Positions 1-7,430 of a stretch of 16,307 nucleotides of DNA are shown one piece after another. The translations under genes and the position numbers were made by a program. This DNA comes from Candidatus Micrarchaeia archaeon (GTDB taxonomy: Archaea; Micrarchaeota; Micrarchaeia; Micrarchaeales; Micrarchaeaceae), in NCBI GenBank assembly GCA_049964795.1, contig JBMFWY010000015.1, positions 1 to 16,307 of the forward strand. The letters are read 5' to 3'. Under the pieces are notes generated by a model that was not told the origin of the DNA, did no database searches, and was given only the letters and a program-made list of their open reading frames with translations. Position 1 is the stretch's first letter. Each line of letters opens with the position of its first letter.

Positions 1-91
1 CTGGACCATGTTTAAAATCCCAAGTCGCAGCTCTATATAACATACCTTGTTTAGGTTTCCATCCCAACCCTAAAAAACCTAAGATCCACAT
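1..91 (-). CDS. Hypothetical protein, 5' part only (runs off the window start)
   Basis: Minus-strand ATG at 91 follows AAGGAG (95-100). The frame MWILGFLGLGWKPKQGMLYRAATWDFKHGP is open to base 1. Not in the ORF track. Confidence 0.5.
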   Translation of the reverse strand, partial: MWILGFLGLGWKPKQGMLYRAATWDFKHGP

Positions 92-262
92 TTACTCCTT
101 TAATTTATTTATTATAGGAACCTGACAAATTATAAATCTTTTCTTCGTAGCTACACCTTTTTGTCGCATTCAAGCAGAGGCTTGCCATTAGGTACAAAGG
201 ACTTCCAGTAATAAAATTTTAAATACATTGTCGCGTAAGCTTCCAACCTGCGAGTGCGGATG

Positions 263-751
263 CTACTTATCAGCACTTTCTTCTGCGTATTGTGCTAAAG
301 TGTATTTCTTCTCGCCTCTTATTTTAGGTACTGAGGTATAGTAATCCTTTTTATTATTGTTATATTTACCGAATTTATCCTTTGCTTCATCAAGCGGCAC
401 TAAATAAGCATCCAGTTTTGGCGGATTGCTTATTACTATTCCAACCCAAGGATAAGCATTCCACTTTTTTGCAGCTTCGGCCAGCTTTCTGTATCCTATA
501 GGTATCTGTGTGTGTAATTTTCTGTCTTTCACAGATATACAAATAAGTTTGTCTTGCTCAAATCTTAGACCATATGAATTTAATTTGTGATTTCCTTTAT
601 CTATGGCAAGTAAATCAAAGCCTGAGCTGTTAGCCTGAACGATATCTACTACTCCTCTCTTTGCCAGAAGATGTGCAATATAAGCTTCTCCAAACCTACC
701 AGCTGCTGCGGTCTCGTTGCCTTTTGGTGCAGACTTTTTTGATTTAGCCAT
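263..751 (-). CDS. PD-(D/E)XK-fold nuclease-like protein (Hjc/restriction endonuclease-like)
   Basis: 162 aa. N-terminal helix GRFGEAYIAHLL, then GFDLLAID and ICISVK, matching the E...D...(E/Q)xK layout with Ser at the acidic position. SD-like GTGAT precedes the ATG. AT-rich sequence. Confidence 0.6.
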   Translation of the reverse strand: MAKSKKSAPKGNETAAAGRFGEAYIAHLLAKRGVVDIVQANSSGFDLLAIDKGNHKLNSYGLRFEQDKLICISVKDRKLHTQIPIGYRKLAEAAKKWNAYPWVGIVISNPPKLDAYLVPLDEAKDKFGKYNNNKKDYYTSVPKIRGEKKYTLAQYAEESADK

Positions 752-856
752 TCAATCACATTTACATGTTAGATAGGTATTCTTAAATGGATTTTGTGTT
801 TTATTGGTTGTCCAAATAGAGGAACGCATATATATCTTGAGTGCCATTATTTAAGT

Positions 857-1018
857 ATAGCTGAAGAAAAGATTCCGCTGTGGAAAGTGGTGTTGGGAGG
901 TTCAATACTTGGAACGCTGGCGCCAGACTGGGCGCGACAAGTTCGGTTGAAGTGGAAAGAACAGGTAGCGCGGGAGAAAGCTGAGAAGCAAGCAAAGAAA
1001 GAGCAACGAATCAAATAA
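857..1018 (+). CDS. Small hypothetical protein (hydrophobic N-terminal half, charged helical tail); start uncertain
   Basis: The protein-like part of ORF 794..1018 is (I)AEEKIPLWKVVLGGSILGTLAPDWARQVRLKWKEQVAREKAEKQAKKEQRIK. Its first codon is ATA, with an ATATATAT box about 25 nt upstream. Confidence 0.35.
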   Translation: MAEEKIPLWKVVLGGSILGTLAPDWARQVRLKWKEQVAREKAEKQAKKEQRIK

Positions 1019-1255
1019 TAAAAAGTCTTCTGCCTAAATAATAGATTGTCCTACGTCTAATTCTTGTGGTTTATTAAAGAGATAGACTTGTATATCGTAT
1101 GCAGAATTGGTTTTCGCCGTGAAGTTCGGTGGGGCACTTGAAATTTAGGTGCGATTCCATTATAATTCAAGCGCTATTCCATGCTTGCCCTATATGCTAA
1201 CTTCGTGGGCAGTTTACTCAAGATAAGGCATTGTTCCATTAAGTATTGCTGATGC

Positions 1256-1315
1256 ATATAAAAATAGGGAAAAAAGAACAACAGTACAAAAAAGAAATAA
1301 AAATAAAGATTAAAA
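1256..1315 (-). terminator. Oligo-T tract, putative archaeal terminator downstream of the zinc-ribbon gene
   Basis: Plus-strand A runs read as several T5-T6 runs on the minus strand, about 55-115 nt after the stop at 1371. Confidence 0.4.
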
Positions 1316-1370
1316 TCATCGTGGAGTTAGGGCGAATGTCGAGATGCCCGCCAGAGCGCACTTTATCCTT

Positions 1371-1511
1371 TCACTTTTCTCCTATCTTAAACATTTTTGT
1401 GCCGCATACCGCGCAAACTCCTGTAAACGCTTTTTTGCCATTTTTCATAGTGACCTCTTTTGCATCTTTCATCTCCCTCTTCTGTTTGCATTTCATACAA
1501 TAGGCTTCCAT
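1371..1511 (-). CDS. DUF5679-type C4 zinc-ribbon microprotein (46 aa, basic)
   Basis: Manual translation: MEAYCMKCKQKREMKDAKEVTMKNGKKAFTGVCAVCGTKMFKIGEK*. It has CxxC...CxxC and the YCxKC...MKNG...GxCxxCGTKMF pattern of DUF5679. It falls below the ORF-track size cutoff. Confidence 0.88.
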   Translation of the reverse strand: MEAYCMKCKQKREMKDAKEVTMKNGKKAFTGVCAVCGTKMFKIGEK

Positions 1512-1628
1512 AATACCACAAGTCTTATTCTTTCAGCATAATATAAAAAACGTTACCTTGCTCTATCCCAAATAGATAAATAATAAATAGGCAACGGAAT
1601 AAATAAGAATAATGTCTTTTAATTCTGC

Positions 1629-2795
1629 ATGTCAAAACAAAAAGTGTTAAAAATGCCCGAAAATAGCCTTTTCTCGGAGTTGGTTTCGCGGACGGAGTTC
1701 CTGGACTATAAGACACCCATAACAAAGGCAGTTCCTCTCATAGACAAGTACGGTGCAGTAGTGGTAATGAAAGAAGGCGAATATCTGGGCATAATAGACT
1801 CGCGATCCATATCAAGAAGCGGGCTTACGCTAAAAGGCGCAAGTGCGTCAAAGTTCGCGGAAAAAACCCCTAAAATAAGCGATACTACTTCTATAGACGA
1901 CCTTATCTATTATTTCTATAAGACGCGCAGAAAAGCCCTCCCATATTTCAGCGGCGGCAAGATAAAAGGCATCCTTTCAAGGTCTACTCTCCTAAAGATG
2001 CTGCTTTCTCTCCATGCATTAAAAGGCATAAAAGCCGAGGATGCGATGTCGAGCCCGATAGTCGCAATAGACGCAAATGCAAGCATCGCACAGGCAAGGG
2101 CTGCTATGAAGGATAACAAGATAAACCGGCTTCTAGTACTGCGTGACAGCAAGCCTGTTGGATTGCTTACAAACCACGATCTCTCGCTCAAGTATGCTTC
2201 TCCTGTAGAGAGGCTCCCGGAAATGAAAACAACAAAATATTCGCCTTCAAACATAAGGTTGTTTGACATAATAGAGGCGAATCCCGTAAGCGTCAATGCT
2301 AACGACGAACTTGCTGAAGCAGTGAGGCAGATGGTTGAGCGCTCAATCTCCTCGGTGCTCGTCCAGAAAGGCGGCAAGCCCATAGGAATGCTTACAGTAT
2401 TCGACGTATTGGAAAGCCTTGTAGCGAGGCGACAGGTCTCCGAAAAGAAGGTTTTCATCTCCGGCCTTGACAATTACACTTACGATTACGGTGATGACCT
2501 TAACGAGACCCTCAATGCGTTTGTAAGCAAGCTCGAAAAGATGAAAAGCATAAGGGTAAACTATATAACCCTTCACATAAAGAGGGTAAAGCTGAAGTCT
2601 TACGAGCTTCAGGCAAGACTCTCGCTTGAAAGGTACGGCACAATCTCAATGCACAAGTACGGCGAGAAGCTCGATTCCACGCTTTCTGATCTGCTTGATT
2701 CATTGAGGAGCAAAGTCGTGAGGTTCAAGGAGGAGAGGATACTTCTTAGCAAGGCGGCGCCAATAAAAGATGATGATATTGAACAAGCCGGGTGA
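1629..2795 (+). CDS. Four-CBS-domain protein with C-terminal HPF/RaiA-like domain (candidate ribosome hibernation factor)
   Basis: Four CBS repeats (YLGIIDSRSI, IKGILSRSTL, PVGLLTNHDL, PIGMLTVFDV). From about residue 275 (nt 2451) the sequence reads as beta-alpha-beta-beta-beta-alpha (VFISGL / LNETLNAFVSKLEKM / ITLHIK / YELQARL / TISMHK / LDSTLSDLLDSLRSKVVRFKE), like HPF/RaiA. Alternative start ATG 1653. CBS call is firm; HPF call is by pattern. Confidence 0.8.
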   Translation: MSKQKVLKMPENSLFSELVSRTEFLDYKTPITKAVPLIDKYGAVVVMKEGEYLGIIDSRSISRSGLTLKGASASKFAEKTPKISDTTSIDDLIYYFYKTRRKALPYFSGGKIKGILSRSTLLKMLLSLHALKGIKAEDAMSSPIVAIDANASIAQARAAMKDNKINRLLVLRDSKPVGLLTNHDLSLKYASPVERLPEMKTTKYSPSNIRLFDIIEANPVSVNANDELAEAVRQMVERSISSVLVQKGGKPIGMLTVFDVLESLVARRQVSEKKVFISGLDNYTYDYGDDLNETLNAFVSKLEKMKSIRVNYITLHIKRVKLKSYELQARLSLERYGTISMHKYGEKLDSTLSDLLDSLRSKVVRFKEERILLSKAAPIKDDDIEQAG

Positions 2796-2838
2796 CAAAC
2801 AAAAAGTTTTTGCGGGCAAAGCCTGCATTGCAGACAGG

Positions 2839-3291
2839 ATGTGCAAAGGTCAGTCAAGCCTCGAGCTTCTTATTACGCTTTCTTTCGGCTTGATAATACT
2901 TTTGCCAATAGTGGTGCTCGCTTTCATCCAAATTTCTTCTTCAACATCTACTCTTTCAACTACGGAGGCGCAAGCCGCAGCAAGCAAGCTTGCAAGCGTA
3001 GCTACTACTGTAGGTTCGCAAGGGTTTCCTGCAAAGCAGCTTACACTAATAGATGTGCCTCCGGATGTTCGCGACATATTCGTAGGTACATTGGGCAATG
3101 GCGTTGGGCATGAAATAACATTTGTGGTGAGCACTAACGCAGGGCTTAGCTACGTAACGGCGTATACGCCCGTGAATGTCAGCGGCTACTTGGAGCAACT
3201 TTCGCAGCCGGGCACTTATCTTGTCAATGTAAGCGCGGAAAGCTCCTGCCCTCAAGATAGGGCAATACCTTGCGTTTACTTCTCTTCTTGA
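2839..3291 (+). CDS. Class III signal peptide (type IV pilin-like) surface protein
   Basis: ATG 2839 gives MCKG/QSSLELLITLSFGLIILLPIVVLAF: basic-Gly cleavage site, Glu at +5, hydrophobic helix. A beta-rich body follows, with two NVS sequons and a terminal Cys pair. The ORF-track start at 2770 overlaps the CBS gene and is less likely. Confidence 0.8.
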   Translation: MCKGQSSLELLITLSFGLIILLPIVVLAFIQISSSTSTLSTTEAQAAASKLASVATTVGSQGFPAKQLTLIDVPPDVRDIFVGTLGNGVGHEITFVVSTNAGLSYVTAYTPVNVSGYLEQLSQPGTYLVNVSAESSCPQDRAIPCVYFSS

Positions 3292-3376
3292 ATCAGTATA
3301 GGCACTGCAAACCATTGCACTTTTTCTGCCAACAGAAGAATTAGCGCGCGTGTGTTGCTCGCGAATCCTTGCAATG

Positions 3377-4024
3377 CTATTCTAGCTGCACGCTAAATAT
3401 GTGCCTATAAAGCTCCTTGCCATTTTTCCTTCCGTAAAGCTTGTAGCTTTTTTTTGCGTCTATCCTGTTTTTCGAGAAAAATTGGTCTATCAATTTCTTG
3501 TCGCTTATATACAAGTCGATGCCGTACGGGAATTCCTCTTTCTTTGCGATAAAGGCGTTTCCCTTAGAGATAAACCTTTCTATGTGCTCTTCAAGCTTTT
3601 TGATCTTGCGAGCGCTACCTCTGAGCTGCACTATCGCTTCATAATAGCCTGCCGCTTTCTTGTAGCATGAATCGCAGATTGTGTTTATCTTTTTTACTTC
3701 TATGCTTTTCTCGATATCCACCTTCTGCCCTTCGGATTCAACCACGAAGTCGACAAGCGCCTTTCTGAGCTCCAGATCAATATTCTTAAGCTTCAATTTT
3801 GCGCCCTTACTTTTCAGCTCTTTTGCCGCTATCGCTTCAAGCGCGCTTTTTGCGGGCTTTTCATAGCCTTGCGGGGTCTTGACCCTTCCGCATCTCTTGC
3901 AAACCATCACCTCCATCTTGCCCGGCAGCTCCTTCGTTCTCCTCTCCCTAAAACAGTATATGCACAGCTCACCAACGAACTCTGTGTTATCGCTTGACCT
4001 GTTGCATATCGGGCAGTATTTCAT
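3377..4024 (-). CDS. nmd3: NMD3-family large-subunit binding protein (short form, 215 aa)
   Basis: CPIC...CIYC, CKRC...CDSC and GYYEAIVQLRG...GIDLYI motifs. The start MKYCPIC at 4024 follows an SD-like GGAGAGGT. Confidence 0.88.
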   Translation of the reverse strand: MKYCPICNRSSDNTEFVGELCIYCFRERRTKELPGKMEVMVCKRCGRVKTPQGYEKPAKSALEAIAAKELKSKGAKLKLKNIDLELRKALVDFVVESEGQKVDIEKSIEVKKINTICDSCYKKAAGYYEAIVQLRGSARKIKKLEEHIERFISKGNAFIAKKEEFPYGIDLYISDKKLIDQFFSKNRIDAKKSYKLYGRKNGKELYRHIFSVQLE

Positions 4025-4114
4025 GTTATTACCTCTCCAATGAAAAACAAAGAAAAAATAAAAGGCGAAACCAGGAAGCATCCAAATTGCAAATGTCTAT
4101 TCCTTGTTGACGCC

Positions 4115-5704
4115 TCAGCCATAATGCCTCTCTATTATCGCGCCGTATGCAGGCCTCGTTATGAGCACCCCCAGCAATGCGCCTATTATTGTGGATTCAG
4201 AAAAGCCTATCACTTCAACGAGCGACGTGGAGAAGAAAAGCGGAAGCATTGCAATCACAAGCAGGAGCGCGTCAGCCCACACAATGTAGAACGCGTTTCC
4301 AAGGAGCATTTTTGCAGTTGCCTGGACGCCTTTCCTAGCAAGAACCTCATCAGTTATTATGATTTGCGCGTCGACTCCGGTGCCCACTACCGCAATCATT
4401 CCTGCAACAGCGGAAAGGTCTATTGTTCCTATAAGCCCTATTATCGACACTATTATGAAAAGCTCCATGAGCGTCGTTATCAGTATCGGAAGTATCAGGA
4501 AGGCTTTCCTGTACCTCAACGTTATGAATATTGCTATTGCAACTACTGCAACCGTCAATATTATGGCGCTAGTCCTAAGCGAGTGCTTTGCAAGCGTAGG
4601 CGGTATCTGCTCGTGAGAGCTGACTATTATGCTGACAGGAAGCGCGCCTCCACTCAGTATGCTCGCTATTGTTTTCGTTTCGGTTTTTGCATACGCGATC
4701 TGCTGGCTCTTGGGCAGTTTTGAGGGCGCCACTCCTGATATCTCGTAGCTGCTTCCCAAGCTCCCGTTGGTTATGGAAGGATTGAGTATCGGGGCGCTGA
4801 GAAGCCCTACTGCCTGCCAAGATTGTATTATAGTCCCATTCAGGCTAGAAGTGAACTGCGGCGTCATGTTTGCCCTGCTTTCCAGCTTCAGCGTGTAATT
4901 GTAGCTTTTTGCGAATTCTAACAAGCTCCTGTTCAGGTTGCTCTCCGCTATTACCTCCTTGTAGATTCCTGCGTCTTTTTTCAGCACCGCTTCTGCGCCA
5001 CTTATGCTGCTGTTTGTATTGTATACTGCGATTACAGGTATTGTCCTGTTTCCTAGCGCAAGCGTGCTCTGCATTATTGCTAGTTCCTGCGATGGCGAAA
5101 GCGCAAGTGAGGTATTGCCAAGTTCAGAGCCGTTCAAGAGCATGATTGCCGAGCTTGGCCTGTCAAGAAACATGTAAAGCGGCTTGTTCCCCTGCCCAAA
5201 CACCGCCTTGGAGAACATTTTTGCCGCAGCATCAGTTATGAAGAAAGTCACGGTCCAGCTTACAGTGTTGTTTGCCATCTGCGGCGGCACCTGCCCTATA
5301 CTGCCTTTAAGTATGCCGCTGCCGTTTATTGCCTCCCTTCCGTTTACAACTCCCTGGAAGTTTCCTTGGCTTTCTATTATCGAAACTGTTTGGTTTATAT
5401 CGCTGCTGTTTGACGAAGGCACTATTACATATATCGTTGAATTGCCTATTCCTTCTACCGTTACCTGCCTGAGGCCAAATGTCGAGACCCTCTGCGCGAG
5501 CGTCGAGATTATGCTGCTCATCTCCGTGGCGTTTACTCCGTGCTCCAGTGTTATCGTTATCTGCGTGCCTCCTACGAATTCTATGCCGAAGTGCAAGCCT
5601 CCTTTATATATCTGCACATACGCGTCAAGGCTTGCCAAGGCTATGAAAATTAGTATAAGCACTATTATTTTCCTGTCCTTCAGGTAGCTTTTTGCATTAG
5701 CCAA
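4115..5704 (-). CDS. secD: Protein translocase subunit SecD
   Basis: GLHFGIEFVGGTQI, a large extracellular domain, LSGGALPV and TM block TIDLSAVAGMIAVVGTGVDAQIIITDE. The TTG start overlaps the secF stop by 8 nt. Confidence 0.93.
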   Translation of the reverse strand: MANAKSYLKDRKIIVLILIFIALASLDAYVQIYKGGLHFGIEFVGGTQITITLEHGVNATEMSSIISTLAQRVSTFGLRQVTVEGIGNSTIYVIVPSSNSSDINQTVSIIESQGNFQGVVNGREAINGSGILKGSIGQVPPQMANNTVSWTVTFFITDAAAKMFSKAVFGQGNKPLYMFLDRPSSAIMLLNGSELGNTSLALSPSQELAIMQSTLALGNRTIPVIAVYNTNSSISGAEAVLKKDAGIYKEVIAESNLNRSLLEFAKSYNYTLKLESRANMTPQFTSSLNGTIIQSWQAVGLLSAPILNPSITNGSLGSSYEISGVAPSKLPKSQQIAYAKTETKTIASILSGGALPVSIIVSSHEQIPPTLAKHSLRTSAIILTVAVVAIAIFITLRYRKAFLILPILITTLMELFIIVSIIGLIGTIDLSAVAGMIAVVGTGVDAQIIITDEVLARKGVQATAKMLLGNAFYIVWADALLLVIAMLPLFFSTSLVEVIGFSESTIIGALLGVLITRPAYGAIIERHYG

Positions 5705-6860
5705 CTTTATCTACCTTTTTTAGCTTGTACCAAAGAATCATAGGCACGTTGCCAAGCCATGTCGTTGCGAGGTCCGCAACAAGGCCTATAAGCACTACGC
5801 CAGATATTTCAAAGTAGGTCGGTATGAAAATCTCGTAAGACATCACAAGCAATATGCCGAAAGTTATTATTGCGGCAAATGTCATTGTAGTCCCTGTTTT
5901 CATAGCGCTAAAAGCGCGCTCCTGCGGCGTTTCTTCTCCTCTTTTCAGTATCCTTATCGAAGAGAGGATTTCCGTGTCAATTGAGTATCCTATAAGCATG
6001 AGCAGCCCCCCTATGGAAGCTATGCCTAGCGGTATGCCGAAAAGGCCCATGCCTCCCAGCGCTATTATTATGTCGTTCGCCGCGCCGAATATAGCAGCAA
6101 AAGGCGGCACAATTGACCTAAAGACGAAGAATACAGATATGCCTATGAGTATGAATGACACAATCAATATATTCTCCATCTGCTTCAGGAAAAAGCTGCC
6201 CAGCGTTGGAGTTACCTCCTGGTACGAATAGGAGGAGAACTGCACAATCCCGTGCAGGATTGATATGACCTTGCTTTCATACGCAGCAGACGCTTGCGTA
6301 TATGCTTCCTTCGCAGCATTAACCATGCTCTGCGCATTGCTGGAATTGTATTGCAGGGAAGAGGAATTGTAAAAATCATGCAGCGCCGCGAGTTCTACCG
6401 CAAGCTTGCTCGCTATGAGCTGCGTGTCCTTTGTTTCGTTTGCCTGCTCGGCCGAGATCAATGCTTTAAGCGTTGAATTGTTCGGCTGCGAAGATAGCTC
6501 ATTCTGGTAGTTCGCGACAAGCACAGCCGCGTTGGTATAATTACCGTAAATTCCGTATATGCCGAGAAGGTCGCCGAATGCCCCCGATATGCTAGTATTT
6601 TCAGCTATCAGTATTGTTATGCTCCCAGGCGACCTGCTTATTGATGCTTCTGCACCTGGTATCTTGGCATTCACAAGCGCAGTCAGGCTTCTTATGTTGA
6701 CATTGCTTCCGTTGGTCTGGAGCTGTATGTTGATTCCTCCCTTGAGCGAAGAGTCGAGGTGTATGGCGCCTACGAAAAACAGGCTTGCCACAAGCAGCGC
6801 TATCGGCACCGCCGCGTAGAACTTGTAATTTTTGCTGTTGTAAATATTAGGAAATTCCAT
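5697..6860 (-). CDS. secF: Protein translocase subunit SecF
   Basis: LDSSLKGGINI, EVTPTLGSFF, FFVFRSIVP, SIGGLLMLIGYSIDTEIL, GLVADLATTWLGN. The start MEFP at 6860 follows AGAGGA. Confidence 0.92.
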   Translation of the reverse strand: MEFPNIYNSKNYKFYAAVPIALLVASLFFVGAIHLDSSLKGGINIQLQTNGSNVNIRSLTALVNAKIPGAEASISRSPGSITILIAENTSISGAFGDLLGIYGIYGNYTNAAVLVANYQNELSSQPNNSTLKALISAEQANETKDTQLIASKLAVELAALHDFYNSSSLQYNSSNAQSMVNAAKEAYTQASAAYESKVISILHGIVQFSSYSYQEVTPTLGSFFLKQMENILIVSFILIGISVFFVFRSIVPPFAAIFGAANDIIIALGGMGLFGIPLGIASIGGLLMLIGYSIDTEILSSIRILKRGEETPQERAFSAMKTGTTMTFAAIITFGILLVMSYEIFIPTYFEISGVVLIGLVADLATTWLGNVPMILWYKLKKVDKVG

Positions 6861-7008
6861 CAAATCCTCTTGTATCTGCGCGCGCATTTTTGCTGTAAAA
6901 AATCAAGCGGCAGAATATGCAAAAGACAGTAGCTGCCATTATCCTTTTTTCAAGCACTTATTTATTGCTTTCGCGGCATCTTAACGATGCTTAGAGAACT
7001 ACAAAGCG

Positions 7009-7036
7009 TCAAAATAAAAAAAAACAAAATTAAAAG
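7009..7036 (-). terminator. Oligo-T terminator after the 2-TM gene
   Basis: Plus-strand AAAATAAAAAAAAACAAAA gives a long T tract on the minus strand immediately after the stop at 7040. Confidence 0.5.
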
Positions 7037-7039
7037 GTT

Positions 7040-7315
7040 TTATGCGTACCTCTTCATGAGCTTGTAGTGGAGCGACATGCTGAATCCGTATACTATTATG
7101 AATATTGCAAACAGCGAAAGTGCCCATCCGAAGAATTTCGGCATGGCCATCTGCGCTGGTACCTTCGTTATCAGCAAAACGCCCAGTATAAATACATATA
7201 CTCCCCAGTACACTCCCTTGAATATCTCCCAGCCTGAATGCTTTTCCTTGTAATGCAGCATCCTGTCGTACTGCAATTCCGGATCTATTACAATCACATT
7301 CTTCTTTTCTGCCAT
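7040..7315 (-). CDS. Hypothetical membrane protein, two predicted TM helices (91 aa)
   Basis: Start MAEKKNV at 7315 follows GTGAT, with a TTTAAATA box about 35 nt upstream. Hydrophobic segments: GVYWGVYVFILGVLLI and FFGWALSLFAIFIIVYGFSM. Confidence 0.72.
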   Translation of the reverse strand: MAEKKNVIVIDPELQYDRMLHYKEKHSGWEIFKGVYWGVYVFILGVLLITKVPAQMAMPKFFGWALSLFAIFIIVYGFSMSLHYKLMKRYA

Positions 7316-7430
7316 TGCAATCACTACTAATAAAAGGATAGCAAAATATTTAAAATGGCTATCCTTGGCTTGCAGGGCTTTCCAAAATAGCATGTTTTTT
7401 TACGCTTAACTAGATTTTCCAATTCTTTTC

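Noticed and set aside
1100-1240. Possible tRNA remnant or att site at the edge of the AT-rich segment (GTTCGGTGGGGCAC; TGCCC...GGGCA)
   Set aside because: No cloverleaf or T-arm consensus, and no matching repeat elsewhere in the window.
1321-1361. GC-rich imperfect inverted repeat (GGCG...CGCC) after the zinc-ribbon gene
   Set aside because: Only 4-6 contiguous pairs with mismatches, too weak to call a structured RNA.
1246-1725. ORF-track ORFs 1246..1503(+), 1344..1541(+) and 1525..1725(-)
   Set aside because: They are shadows of the minus-strand DUF5679-type gene, its A-rich terminator and the CBS gene start. None has recognisable motifs.
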